64,000 bases of DNA. It comes from an uncultured Gemmatimonadales bacterium (GTDB lineage Bacteria > Gemmatimonadota > Gemmatimonadetes > Gemmatimonadales > GWC2-71-9). How positions within the stretch are numbered: the stretch's first letter is position 1; the number at the start of each line of letters is the position of its first letter. The notes below the pieces were generated by a model. That model ran no database searches and was not told where the DNA came from. It saw nothing but the letters and a program-made list of their open reading frames with translations. This document shows, piece after piece, positions 29,427 through 39,072 of the stretch. The position numbers were made by a program, and so were the translations under genes. The stretch covers positions 46,941 to 110,940 of the forward strand of contig CAVVKJ010000007.1 in NCBI GenBank assembly GCA_963748815.1. Direction: 5' to 3'.

Positions 29427-30821
29427 TTATCGGGCCAGCTGCTCCACAATGCGGTAATAGAACTCCACCCCGAACCTAACCTCAGGGACCGGGACCCGCT
29501 CGTCGTTGCCGTGGACCGTGGCGGCGACGTCGTCCGTCGTGCGCCAGGCGTCGATGCCGTAGGCGTCGATGCCGAGCGCGCGGTAATCGTAGCTGTCGGT
29601 GTAGCCGGTCAGCATCTTCGGCAGCACCAGGGCGCCGGGATCCATCGCCTCCACCGCGTCCGCAAAGGCGGCGGGTACCGGCCCCGTGACGGGCGAGGAA
29701 CGCGCGGCACGGAGCTTGGACAGCGGCGTGAGCTGCACGGTGGTGTCCTGGATGACCGCCCGCAGTTGCGCCACGAAATCCTCCGGTCGCTGGCCCGGGA
29801 GGAGCCGCACATCGATTTCGGCGGACGCCTCGGCGGGAATCACGTTGGTGTTGGTCGAGCCGTGCAGCACGGTGATGGTGACCGTGTTCCTCAGAATCGC
29901 GTTCTGGTAGCGGTCGGCGGTGAGCCAGGCCGCGGCGGCGGAATCGCGCAGCGCGGCGGCGGGGTCCGCCAGCCAGGCACGATGGGTCGGGTTGGTCTCC
30001 CTCGTGGCAAGCGCCTTGAGGTACGCCTCGGCCGGAGGGGTCAGGATCAATGGTGTCTGCCAGTCGGCGATTCGTCCGAGGACGCGGGAGAGGCGCAGGG
30101 CGGCGTTCCCCTCGGTCGGCCGACTTCCGTGGCCCGGCTCCCCGCGCACCGTCAGCCGCAACCAGTAGGGCACCTTCTCGGTGGCGTCGAGGCCGTAGGA
30201 GACAGCCCTTCCGTCGTTGCCCATTTCGTTGTCGCCCCCCTCGTTCAGCAGGAATTCCGCCTGCCGGACCAGGTCGGCCTTGTGCTCGGTGAACCAGAGC
30301 GACCCGGTGGAGCCAAGCTCCTCGTCGGCGTTGGCCACCAGGAGCAGGTCGCGACTGAGCGGCACGCCCCGCCGCTTCAGTGCCACGATGGTGGCCAGCT
30401 GAATGATCCCCAACCCCTTGGTATCCTGGGCCCCGCGGCCCCAAACGGCATCTTCCGCGATCATGCCGCTGAACGGCGGATACCGCCACCGGGCGGAGTC
30501 GGCCGGGACCACGTCGATGTGATGCAGCAGCACCATCGGCCGCGCCGCCCCGGTGCCGGGCAGCCGGGCGTAGAGGTTGCCACGCCCTGGGGCAGACTCG
30601 AAAATCTCCGCCGCGATGCCCTCCCGGGCCAGCACCGACTGGAGGAACTTCGCCCCCTCGGTCTCGTTGCCCGGTGGATTGACCGTGCGAATGCGCAGGT
30701 ACTCCTGGAGCCACATGGTCGCCTCGGCGGCGAGCGCGTCGAAGTCGGGCGGGCGGGTGCCCTGCGCCCGGAGCGGCGGGGCGACGACGAGGAGCAGGAG
30801 GGTGATGACTCGGAAACGCAT
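29427..30821 (-). CDS. Exported M20/M25/M40 family metallopeptidase
   Basis: Signal peptide; HIDVV, GRGAQDTKG, ADEE, NEGG, HGNDER. Confidence 0.9.
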   Translation of the reverse strand: MRFRVITLLLLVVAPPLRAQGTRPPDFDALAAEATMWLQEYLRIRTVNPPGNETEGAKFLQSVLAREGIAAEIFESAPGRGNLYARLPGTGAARPMVLLHHIDVVPADSARWRYPPFSGMIAEDAVWGRGAQDTKGLGIIQLATIVALKRRGVPLSRDLLLVANADEELGSTGSLWFTEHKADLVRQAEFLLNEGGDNEMGNDGRAVSYGLDATEKVPYWLRLTVRGEPGHGSRPTEGNAALRLSRVLGRIADWQTPLILTPPAEAYLKALATRETNPTHRAWLADPAAALRDSAAAAWLTADRYQNAILRNTVTITVLHGSTNTNVIPAEASAEIDVRLLPGQRPEDFVAQLRAVIQDTTVQLTPLSKLRAARSSPVTGPVPAAFADAVEAMDPGALVLPKMLTGYTDSYDYRALGIDAYGIDAWRTTDDVAATVHGNDERVPVPEVRFGVEFYYRIVEQLAR

Positions 30822-30892
30822 GGGGCCTCTGGGACGGAAGGCGAAACGGCCCCGCCGAAGCAGGGCCGCCGGAACCACGGACGCGCCGCCGG

Positions 30893-31240
30893 TTACCCCA
30901 CCGGGTGCAGGCTGCGCAGGTACGAGAAGAGGAGGAGGAGCGCCCCGATCAGGATCGTGGCGATGATCAGCGGGAAGACGAAGAGCCCGCTGAAGATCTT
31001 GCTGTCCTGCTTCAGGTGCATGTAGAACATCGCGACCAGGGCGAACTTGGCCGCGGAGAGGATGATGAGGATCTCGTTGAGGAGCGGCTCGACCAGCCCG
31101 TGCAGCGGCCAGCCGGCGCGGTGCGAGACCTCGAAGGCGAGCACCTCGAGGGCGGTCATCACAAAGAGGATGACGGCGATCCTGAGGTAGAGTGCCGGGC
31201 CCGGATGGGCGTGGTCGTGCGTGGCGGCTTGGGCGTCCAT
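30893..31240 (-). CDS. ctaF: Cytochrome c oxidase subunit IV (caa3-type)
   Basis: KFALVAMFYMHLK; start MDAQAATH at 31240; last gene of the cox operon. Confidence 0.85.
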   Translation of the reverse strand: MDAQAATHDHAHPGPALYLRIAVILFVMTALEVLAFEVSHRAGWPLHGLVEPLLNEILIILSAAKFALVAMFYMHLKQDSKIFSGLFVFPLIIATILIGALLLLFSYLRSLHPVG

Positions 31241-31245
31241 GCCGG

Positions 31246-31884
31246 TCACCTCATCAGGTAGACGACGGGGAAGATCACGATCCAGACGACGTCCACGAAG
31301 TGCCAGTAGAGCGCGGCGATCTCGAGGTTGAGCGCCTTCTCGGGCGGCACCTTGCCGCGGATGGCCAGCACCAGCACCGTGGCCAGCCAGATGACCCCGA
31401 TCGTGACGTGAGTGCCGTGGAACCCCGTCAGGGTGTAGAAGGACGACCCGAAGAGGTTCGTGGTGTAGCCGAGCCCCTTGTGGAAGAAGTGGTAGAACTC
31501 GTACACCTGCATCCCGATGAAGAAGAGGCCGCAAATGACCGTGGCCGTGAGCCAGCCGATCAGCTGCTTGCGGTTCCCCTTCTGGGCGCCGTGAAGGGCG
31601 AGCACCACGAAGAACGAGCTGAACAGGAGCACGGCCGTGCCGAAGGTGACCAGCGGGATCTCGAAGATCGGCTGACAGGTGGCCATTTCGCCGTGCAGCA
31701 TGCACTGCGACGTCTCGTGCGGGAGCGGGCCGACGAGGCTCTTGCCCTTGTAGACCAGGTAGTTCGAGATCAGCGTCGCGAAGAAGAGGCATTCCGACCC
31801 GATGAACGTCCAGATGGCCAGCTTCCGGGTGTCGAGCCCGGTGGCCGTCGGGGGATGCATCGCGTGTGCGGTGTCGTGCGCCAA
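31246..31884 (-). CDS. ctaE: Cytochrome c oxidase subunit III
   Basis: FIGSE, FYTLTGFHGTHV, LYWHFVDVVW. Confidence 0.95.
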   Translation of the reverse strand: MAHDTAHAMHPPTATGLDTRKLAIWTFIGSECLFFATLISNYLVYKGKSLVGPLPHETSQCMLHGEMATCQPIFEIPLVTFGTAVLLFSSFFVVLALHGAQKGNRKQLIGWLTATVICGLFFIGMQVYEFYHFFHKGLGYTTNLFGSSFYTLTGFHGTHVTIGVIWLATVLVLAIRGKVPPEKALNLEIAALYWHFVDVVWIVIFPVVYLMR

Positions 31885-31912
31885 GGGACCGTCCGTCGCA
31901 GTCGTGAGAAGT

Positions 31913-33745
31913 CTAGTGGTCGGCGGGCTCGAAGGCCCACGAGAAGATGCCGAGCATGGTGATCGCCAGCCCGAGCAGGATGACCCAGAGCGTGACGTGC
32001 ATCAGGAAGCCCACCATGGTCAGGGCGGTCCCGAACGCGGTCACGAACGGCCAGTACGACGGGCTGGGAAGGTGAATCCCCTTGCCGCTCACCAGCGCCG
32101 GCTCCGGAAGGGTGCCGCCGCTGGCGCGCCGCAGTTCCCACAGCGGGTCGCGGCTGTCGACCGTCGGCTCCACCGCGAAGTTCCACTCCTGCGGCGGCGA
32201 CGGGATCGACCATTCCAGCGTGGCGCCGTGCCAGGGGTCGGCCGGGGCCACCGCGCCGCTCTTGAGCGACTTCAGGATGTTCCAGATGAAGACCAGGAAC
32301 GAGAAGCCGAGGATCAGCGAGCCGGCTGTCTCGACGGCGTTCCAGAACTCGAAGCCCATCCCGGCGGAGTAGGTGTACACCCGGCGCGGCATGCCGTTGA
32401 GTCCGAGGATGTGCATCGGCGCGAAGGTCAGGTTGAAGCCGATGAACATGAGCCAGAAGTGGACCTTGCCGAGGCCCTCGCTCAGCATCCGGCCGGTCAT
32501 CTTCGGGAACCAGTAGTAGGCGCCGGCGACCAGCGCGAAGATGCTGCCGCCGAAGAGCACGTAGTGGAAGTGCGCCACGATGAAGTAGCTGTCGGTCTGC
32601 TGCAGGTCGGCCGGGGGCGAGGCGTGCATGACGCCCGACAGGCCGCCGATGATGAACATCGCCACAAAGCCGAGGGCGAAGTACATCGGCGTCTTGTACT
32701 GGATCGACCCGCCCCAGACGGTGCCGATCCAGTTGAAGATCTTCACGCCGGTCGGAATGGCGATCAGCATGGTGCCGACCGAGAAGACCGTGTCCGCCAT
32801 CGGGCCCATGCCGGTGGAGAACATGTGGTGGCTCCACACGCCGAACCCGAGGAAGGCGATGAAGCAGCCCGAGAAGACCATCGCGGCGTAGCCGAAGAGC
32901 GGCTTCCGCGAGAAGACCGGCAGGATCTCGGACACGATGCCGAAGGCCGGCAGGATCAGGATGTACACCTCGGGGTGGCCGAAGAGCCAGAAGAGGTGCT
33001 GCCAGAGGACCGGGTCGCCGCCGCCGGAGGGGACGAAGAAGTGGGTCCCGAAGTTCCGGTCGAGCATCAGGAGGACGAGCGCCACCGTGATGATCGGGAA
33101 GGCCAGCAGGAGGAGCACCTGCGTGATGAGGCTCATCCAGACGAACATCGGCATCCGCATCATCTTCATGCCGGGCGCGCGCAGGTTGATGATGGTCACG
33201 AAGAAGTTCACCGCGGCCGCCAGCGAGGCGACGCCGAGGATCTGCAGGCCGATGATCCAGAAGTCGACGTTCAGGCCCGGGCTGTACTGCTTGGAGGTGA
33301 GGTTGGCGTAGGCGAACCACCCCATGTCCGGCGCGGCGTTGAAGAGGAAGCTCGAGTTCAGCACCAGGCCGCCGAACAGGAACACCCAGTAGCTGTAGGC
33401 GTTCAGCCGGGGGAAGGCGACGTCGCGGGCGCCGATCTGCAGCGGTATGAAATAGTTGAAGAACATCGCCGAGAGCGGCATCACCCCGAGGAAGATCATC
33501 GTGGTGCCGTGCATCGTGAACAGCTGGTTGTACGCCTCGGGCGAGAGGAAGGTCTTGTCCGGCGCCCCGAGCTGCCAGCGAATGAGCAGCGCCTCGAGCC
33601 CGCCGATCAGGAAGAAGAGGAAGGCCGTGACGCCGTAGAGGATCCCGATCCGCTTGTGATCGACGGTGGTGATCCAGCTCCAGAGGCCGGTCTTCTGGGC
33701 GGGAGCCGCGTCGGTCCCGGCGTGCCCCATTGCAGTCGTGGACAT
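31913..33745 (-). CDS. ctaD: Cytochrome c oxidase subunit I (A1-type)
   Basis: TVDHKRIG, TMHGTTM, FGHPEVY, WSHHM, AHFHYV. Confidence 0.97.
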   Translation of the reverse strand: MSTTAMGHAGTDAAPAQKTGLWSWITTVDHKRIGILYGVTAFLFFLIGGLEALLIRWQLGAPDKTFLSPEAYNQLFTMHGTTMIFLGVMPLSAMFFNYFIPLQIGARDVAFPRLNAYSYWVFLFGGLVLNSSFLFNAAPDMGWFAYANLTSKQYSPGLNVDFWIIGLQILGVASLAAAVNFFVTIINLRAPGMKMMRMPMFVWMSLITQVLLLLAFPIITVALVLLMLDRNFGTHFFVPSGGGDPVLWQHLFWLFGHPEVYILILPAFGIVSEILPVFSRKPLFGYAAMVFSGCFIAFLGFGVWSHHMFSTGMGPMADTVFSVGTMLIAIPTGVKIFNWIGTVWGGSIQYKTPMYFALGFVAMFIIGGLSGVMHASPPADLQQTDSYFIVAHFHYVLFGGSIFALVAGAYYWFPKMTGRMLSEGLGKVHFWLMFIGFNLTFAPMHILGLNGMPRRVYTYSAGMGFEFWNAVETAGSLILGFSFLVFIWNILKSLKSGAVAPADPWHGATLEWSIPSPPQEWNFAVEPTVDSRDPLWELRRASGGTLPEPALVSGKGIHLPSPSYWPFVTAFGTALTMVGFLMHVTLWVILLGLAITMLGIFSWAFEPADH

Positions 33746-33759
33746 CGCGTACCCTCTCG

Positions 33760-34854
33760 TCAGTTCCCGGCGGCGGTCACGGCGACCGCCCCCGGCGCAG
33801 GCACGACGCTGAGCGACCGCAGGTACGCGATCAGCGCCGTGACTTCTTCATCGGTGAGCCCGAGGTTGGGCATCAGCACCCCCGACTTGACCTCCTGGGG
33901 GTTCTTCAGCCAGCGGGCCAGATTTTCGTCGGTGTTGGGCAGCCAGCCGGAGGCGATATCCTTGCGGCTGCCGATCCCGGCCAGGTTCGGGCCGACCATG
34001 GTCGGTGCGCCGATCGCCGTCACCGCGTGACAGCCGACGCACGCCTTGGTGGCAAAGAGCTGCTGGCCCTGCGCCACCAGCGGCGCGGGAGCCGGCGCGC
34101 CGGAATCCGCAGGGGCACCCACCGCGGCCATGCCGACGCGCCAGGCGTCGAAGTCGGCCGGGGCCTGCGCGACGACCTGGAAGGCCATCCGGGCATGCTG
34201 GGTGCCGCAGAACTCGGCGCACTGGCCCGGGTAGGTGCCGGGCGTCTCGGTCTTGAACCAGAGCCGGTTGTCGCGCCCCGGGAAGACGTCGCGCTTGCCG
34301 GCCAGCTGCGGCGTCCAGAAGCTGTGCACCACGTCGCCCGTCGTCATCCGGAGGTCGACCGTCCGGCCGGTGGGGACGTGCATGTCACCGGCCGTCACGA
34401 GGTTGTATTCCGGATACCGGAACTCCCACCACCACTGGTGCCCCGTCACCTCGATGACGAGCGGATTGTCGGTCGGCGTCTCGGCCGTCTTGAAGATCGT
34501 CTGGATGGTGGGAACGGCGATGAAGACAAGGATCACCGCGGGAATGGCGGTCCACACCACTTCGAGCATCGTATTGCCGTGGTTCTGCTCCGGCTCGGCG
34601 TCGCCCGGCTTCCCGCGGAAGCGGAAGAGTGCCCAGACCAGTGCCCCCTCCACCAGGAAGAAGACGATCGTCGCCAGCTGGAAGGACCGGCGATACACCT
34701 GGTCGAGAAGTTCCGCGAAGTCCGCCTTGGGAGCCAGCGTGGTCTGCGGGTACCCATCCGTGGCGCAACCAGCCAGCGCAAGCATGGCCAGCGTGACGCA
34801 CAGTGCGGGCACCCACCGGGCGACTCGCCGGAGGGAGGGAATCCTGAGGGCCAT
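33760..34854 (-). CDS. ctaC: Cytochrome c oxidase subunit II with fused cytochrome c (caa3)
   Basis: Lipobox LAGC, GHQWWW, DVVHSF, CAEFCGTQHARM (CuA), C-terminal CVGCH...MP. Confidence 0.95.
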   Translation of the reverse strand: MALRIPSLRRVARWVPALCVTLAMLALAGCATDGYPQTTLAPKADFAELLDQVYRRSFQLATIVFFLVEGALVWALFRFRGKPGDAEPEQNHGNTMLEVVWTAIPAVILVFIAVPTIQTIFKTAETPTDNPLVIEVTGHQWWWEFRYPEYNLVTAGDMHVPTGRTVDLRMTTGDVVHSFWTPQLAGKRDVFPGRDNRLWFKTETPGTYPGQCAEFCGTQHARMAFQVVAQAPADFDAWRVGMAAVGAPADSGAPAPAPLVAQGQQLFATKACVGCHAVTAIGAPTMVGPNLAGIGSRKDIASGWLPNTDENLARWLKNPQEVKSGVLMPNLGLTDEEVTALIAYLRSLSVVPAPGAVAVTAAGN

Positions 34855-34908
34855 TCCGTTCGTCCTGTTCAGCGAAGAATGCGGGAGATGAGTGGCCAAG
34901 CAGCCAGC

Positions 34909-34937
34909 ATTTTACCGTCCGAAGGCCCCCGCGTCAA
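34909..34937 (-). promoter_or_regulatory. Sigma70 promoter of the cox operon, TTGACG-N17-TAAAAT
   Basis: -35 at 34937-34932, -10 at 34914-34909, about 55 nt upstream of the ctaC start. Confidence 0.75.
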
Positions 34938-35053
34938 TGAATCCGGTCCCCCGAATCCCGGCGCCGGAAGTCGCCGTTGTGGCGTTTCAGGACATATTGC
35001 ACATGGACGGACGAGCGACCGTCGAGGACCCGACCTCTGCCGAGGAGCGCCCC

Positions 35054-35539
35054 GTGACCCCCGCCGAGCGAAACGACTGCATCCGCCGATACGCCGAAGG
35101 CCCCGCCCTCCTGGCCGAGGCCCTCGCCGCCGTCCCCGAGGCCGCCCTCCAGTGGCGTCCTGCCCCCGGCAAGTGGTCGGTCCACGAAGTCATCGTCCAT
35201 TGCGCCGACAGCGAGGCCAACGCCCACATGCGTATCCGGTACCTCGTCGGCGAGCCGAATCCGGTCATCCAGGGGTACGACGAGGCGCATTGGGCTCGGG
35301 AGATGGACTACCACGCCCACCCGCTCGACCTGGCGCTCGCCACGGTGGTCGCGGTCCGGGCCAACACCGTGCCCCTGCTCCGTCGGCTGAGCGCGGCCGA
35401 CTGGGCGAAACGGGGGCGGCATACCGAGACGGGGGAATACGGCGCAGAAGACTGGCTGCGATCATATGCGGAGCACCTCGAGGTCCACACGCGGCAGATC
35501 AAGCGGAATCTCGAGGCGTGGCGGGCGAGAAAGGACTGA
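35054..35539 (+). CDS. DinB/YfiT family protein
   Basis: RBS GAGGAG + GTG; KWSVHEVIVHCADSE...GYDE...HLEVH. Confidence 0.85.
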   Translation: MTPAERNDCIRRYAEGPALLAEALAAVPEAALQWRPAPGKWSVHEVIVHCADSEANAHMRIRYLVGEPNPVIQGYDEAHWAREMDYHAHPLDLALATVVAVRANTVPLLRRLSAADWAKRGRHTETGEYGAEDWLRSYAEHLEVHTRQIKRNLEAWRARKD

Positions 35540-35587
35540 GGACTGAGGACTGAGGGTTGCGGATCCGTCCTCAGTCCTCAGCCCTCA
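35532..35587. terminator. Hairpin of inverted heptamer tandem repeats, (AGGACTG)3 ... (GTCCTCA)2GCCCTCA, between convergent genes
   Basis: Read directly; lies between the DinB stop and the pepP stop. Confidence 0.55.
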
Positions 35588-35590
35588 TAC

Positions 35591-36928
35591 CTATTTGTTC
35601 TTCATGGCCTTTTCGACGTCGGCCGCGGTGCGGGGGGCTCCGCCGGAAAGGAGTTGGTACCCCGTGGGTGTGACGACGACGTCATCCTCGATCCGGATGC
35701 CCAGTTTCTCCTCGGGGATGTAGATCCCCGGTTCCACCGTGAAGACCATGTTCGGGGCCAGCGGCGTCATGTAGCTGCCGACGTCGTGGACGTCCATTCC
35801 CAGCCAGTGGCTGAGGCCGTGGATGAAGTAGCGGTCGCAGGTGCCTGGAGCGCAGAGCTCGCCCGAGTGATCCTTCATGTAGGTGCGGGCGATCTGTCCC
35901 AGCCGACTCAGGGTCATGCCGGGCTGGATGGAATCGAGCGCCGCCTGCTGGGTGGCGAGGACCAGGTTATAGAGGTCGAGCTGCCGGGGGGTAAACTTGC
36001 CGCTCGCGGGAATGGTCCGCGTAATATCCGCCGCGTAGAACCCGTACTCCGCCCCCATGTCCATGACCACGAGTTCCCCCGCCTGCAGCTGGCCCCGGCT
36101 GCGGTCATAGTGCAGCGTCGTCGCGTTGATCCCCGTCCCCACGATGCTCGGATACGCCAGGCGCTCCGCGCCCAGGCTCCGGAAGGTCCCTTCGGCGGCT
36201 CCCTCCAGCTCGTATTCCCAGGCGCCCGGATGCGCGGCACGCATCGCGGCCACATGCCCCTTGGCGCTGATCTCGGCGGCCATCCGCATCCGCCGCATCT
36301 CGTCGGCGTCCTTGACGAGCCGCATGGCGGCCAGCAGGGGCCTGAGGTCCGTCACCCCGGCGCCGCTGCCCAGCACCAGCTGCTGGTAGAAGGTGTCACT
36401 CACCGCCTCCTTCCCCAGCAAGAGGTACAGCTTGCCGCCCTGCGCGGTGCGCGACCGCACATACCCCCGGATCTGCTTTTCGGCCAGGTCGGCGGCGCGC
36501 GTCTCCTCGATGCCCGTCAGTGCCGACGCCTCCGCGCCGGGGCCGAGCCGGGCGCCGGTCCAGCGCTCGGCCATGGAGTCGCGCGCGGGGAGGTAGAGGT
36601 AGACCTGCGGGGCGAGGGTATCGCGGGCAATGAGCACCAGCCAGCTCGACGGTGTCTCCAGCCCGGTCAGGTAGAAGAAATCGTTGTTCTCCCGGTAGTC
36701 GCTGTCCTGCGGATAGTCCTCCTCGATGTTCCGCTGTTCGGAGGACCGGATGATCGCGATGCCGTTCCCCATCCGCTTCAGCAGGTCCGCGCGGCGCGCG
36801 GCGAGGTACTCCACCGGCACCGGCCCCGCCGGGGAGCCGACCTGGGCGGGAGCGAGGGCGGGCAGGGTGGCGAAAAGCGCGACCACCAGCGCGAGACGAG
36901 CGACACGGGACATGGCGGATTCCGTCAT
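35591..36928 (-). CDS. pepP: Exported Xaa-Pro aminopeptidase (M24B)
   Basis: DFFYLTG, TTLHY, DMGAEY..YAADITRT, HGLSHWLGMDVHD, TVEPGIY, GIRIEDD; signal peptide; start 36928 or 36913. Confidence 0.9.
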   Translation of the reverse strand: MTESAMSRVARLALVVALFATLPALAPAQVGSPAGPVPVEYLAARRADLLKRMGNGIAIIRSSEQRNIEEDYPQDSDYRENNDFFYLTGLETPSSWLVLIARDTLAPQVYLYLPARDSMAERWTGARLGPGAEASALTGIEETRAADLAEKQIRGYVRSRTAQGGKLYLLLGKEAVSDTFYQQLVLGSGAGVTDLRPLLAAMRLVKDADEMRRMRMAAEISAKGHVAAMRAAHPGAWEYELEGAAEGTFRSLGAERLAYPSIVGTGINATTLHYDRSRGQLQAGELVVMDMGAEYGFYAADITRTIPASGKFTPRQLDLYNLVLATQQAALDSIQPGMTLSRLGQIARTYMKDHSGELCAPGTCDRYFIHGLSHWLGMDVHDVGSYMTPLAPNMVFTVEPGIYIPEEKLGIRIEDDVVVTPTGYQLLSGGAPRTAADVEKAMKNK

Positions 36929-37609
36929 TGAGAGGTGGGCGGAGCGGCGCGAATCACGAGGTCGAAGGGAACCGGGTCCTCGACGACGATCGAAAAGTGC
37001 CACCACTCCATCGAGTAGTTGGTGAAGCCTTCCAGGGCCATCACCTCTACGAGATGGTCTCGCGACTGTTTCACCGCGCCGGTGGCGTTGGCCGTGTGCG
37101 CCGCGTCCCCGAAGGTGTCGAACGGCGTGCCCATCGGGCACCTCGACCCCGGAGTGGAGGTCCACCAGGGTCAGGTCCACCGCCACCCCCTGGTTGTGCC
37201 GGCTCCGCCGCGCGATGTACCCCGAGTCGAGGAGCCAGGTCTGGTTGGTCCGCTCGGTCCAGGCGACCATCGCCTGGGTGGCACGGACCGGCCGGTAGCC
37301 GTCCCAGATCTTGAGACCGAGTCCATCGGCCGCGAGGCGCTGCTGCACCCGGGCCAGCGCCTCCGCCGCCTCGCGGCGCAGCAGCGCCCGGTTGGCGTTG
37401 TATCCGGGAAGGGTGGCGCCGGTGAAGTTGTCCGGCCCGGCATAGCGGGCGTCGACCCGGATGGTGCTGTCGAGGGACCGGACGTCGACGAGGAGTTGCT
37501 CCGCGAGGACGTCGGGGGCGACCACCTGCGCGTCGGCGTTGGCCACGGCGGCCTGGGCGCCGAGCCCCGCAGGCCACCCGAACAGGAATAGGAGAAGCAT
37601 CTTTCGCAT
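36925..37609 (-). CDS. Exported D-Ala-D-Ala dipeptidase (M15D, VanX/DdpX family; +1 frameshift near 37137)
   Basis: YAGPDNFTG, IWDGYRP, SRHNQGVAVDLTL, then MGTPFD...EWWHF in the next frame. Confidence 0.88.
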
Positions 37610-37709
37610 CCGGGGAGAGTAAGCCCGGCACCCCCGCACCGGGAGAGGGGGGTCTTGCGGAGGAAGGGTCCCGGCCCGATTGTGGATCATCCCTCACCCT
37701 TGGTGCCCC

Positions 37710-38999
37710 GTGACGACTCGCCGCTCCTTCCTCGGATTCCTGTCGCTGCCATTGGCCGCTTCGGTCGCCCTCCCCCGCTTCGGCACCCCTCGTCCGATCG
37801 AGCCGCGCGGGCTGATGCCCAGCGACCTGGGCGCACTGGACGATGAGGCGTACTGGCGGGCACTCCGCACCCAGTTCACCATCCCGCCCGACGAGGCGTT
37901 CTTCAACACCGCCACCCTGGGCTCCAGCCCCCGCGCGGTCCAGGAGACGGTCATCGCGAGCATCCAGCACGTCAATCGCGACATCGCCGAGTGGGACTAC
38001 AAGGCGGGCCATGAGAACTTCTTCACCGGGTACTACCCGGAACTGCCGAGCCGGGACAAGGTGGCCACCACGCTGAACTGCACCGGACACGACGTCGCGC
38101 TCACCATGAATGCCACCTTCGGAATGAACTTCGTGGCCAACGGACTCGACCTGAAGCCGGGGGACGAGGTCATCGTGACCGACCAGGCCCATCCCGGCGG
38201 CCGGATGGGCTACGACCTCCGCGCCAAGCGCGACGGGATCGTGGTCAAGGTGGTCACCGTGCCGACCCCTCCCCAGTCACCCGACCAGCTGATCCAGCTC
38301 TACCTCGACGCCACGACGCCGCGCACCCGGGTGTGGGCCATCCCGCACATCTCGAGCTCCCGCGCCATCCGCTATCCCGTCAACCAGCTCTGCGCCCTCG
38401 CCCGCGAGCGGAACATCTGGAGCGCGATCGACGGGGCGCAGTCGCTCGGCCACGTCGCCATCGATGTGCAGGCGATGGGGTGCGACGCCTTCTTCGCGTC
38501 GCCACACAAGTGGATGCTCGCCCCCAAGGGCACGGGACTCCTCTATGTGCGACCCGAACGACAGAAGGAGCTCTGGGCGACCATCGCCTCCAGCGCCTGG
38601 GACGACCAGGCCGACCCGATGTTCCGGCTGATGCAGTATGGCACCGGCAACTTGAGCCTCCTCCTCGGCCTCGGCGTGGCGGTCGACTTTCACAATCAGA
38701 TCGGTTCCGGAAAGATCGAGCAGCGCGACTTCGCCCTCGCCAATCGTCTTCGTGCCGGCCTGGCAAGCGTGCCGGGCGCCACCTTCGTCTCACCGACGCA
38801 CCCCGACCTCACCTGCGGTACGACCGTCTACGGTCTCACGAACAAGACCGGGGCCGAAATCCAGGACTACCTCTGGGAGCGGGGAAAGGTCCGGGTCCGC
38901 AGCATGGGCGACATCGGCGTGCGCCACTCCTGCCACATCTACAACTCGCCCGACGAAGTGGACAAGGCGTTGGCATTGCTGAAGGAGATGTCGGCGTAG
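37710..38999 (+). CDS. Tat-exported class V PLP enzyme (isopenicillin N epimerase/cysteine desulfurase-like)
   Basis: TRRSFL Tat motif from GTG 37710; DGAQ; SPHKW (PLP lysine). Confidence 0.85.
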   Translation: MTTRRSFLGFLSLPLAASVALPRFGTPRPIEPRGLMPSDLGALDDEAYWRALRTQFTIPPDEAFFNTATLGSSPRAVQETVIASIQHVNRDIAEWDYKAGHENFFTGYYPELPSRDKVATTLNCTGHDVALTMNATFGMNFVANGLDLKPGDEVIVTDQAHPGGRMGYDLRAKRDGIVVKVVTVPTPPQSPDQLIQLYLDATTPRTRVWAIPHISSSRAIRYPVNQLCALARERNIWSAIDGAQSLGHVAIDVQAMGCDAFFASPHKWMLAPKGTGLLYVRPERQKELWATIASSAWDDQADPMFRLMQYGTGNLSLLLGLGVAVDFHNQIGSGKIEQRDFALANRLRAGLASVPGATFVSPTHPDLTCGTTVYGLTNKTGAEIQDYLWERGKVRVRSMGDIGVRHSCHIYNSPDEVDKALALLKEMSA

Positions 39000-39000
39000 G

Positions 39001-39056
39001 AAGCGGGGAAGCGGGGAAGCGGGGAAGCGGGGAAGCGGGGAAGCGGGGAAGCGGGG
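39001..39056 (+). repeat. Perfect tandem repeat (AAGCGGGG)x7
   Basis: Seven exact 8-bp units immediately after the stop codon. Confidence 0.95.
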
Positions 39057-39072
39057 CGGACGCTGGCCACCA

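Noticed and set aside
36925..37609. Vancomycin resistance (vanX)
   Set aside because: No vanH/vanA/vanRS; the family is widespread as a housekeeping dipeptidase
35591..37690. 699-aa VanX-aminopeptidase P fusion
   Set aside because: The VanX C-terminal motifs (MGTPFD, EWWHF) lie in another frame with their own stop; pepP has its own signal peptide
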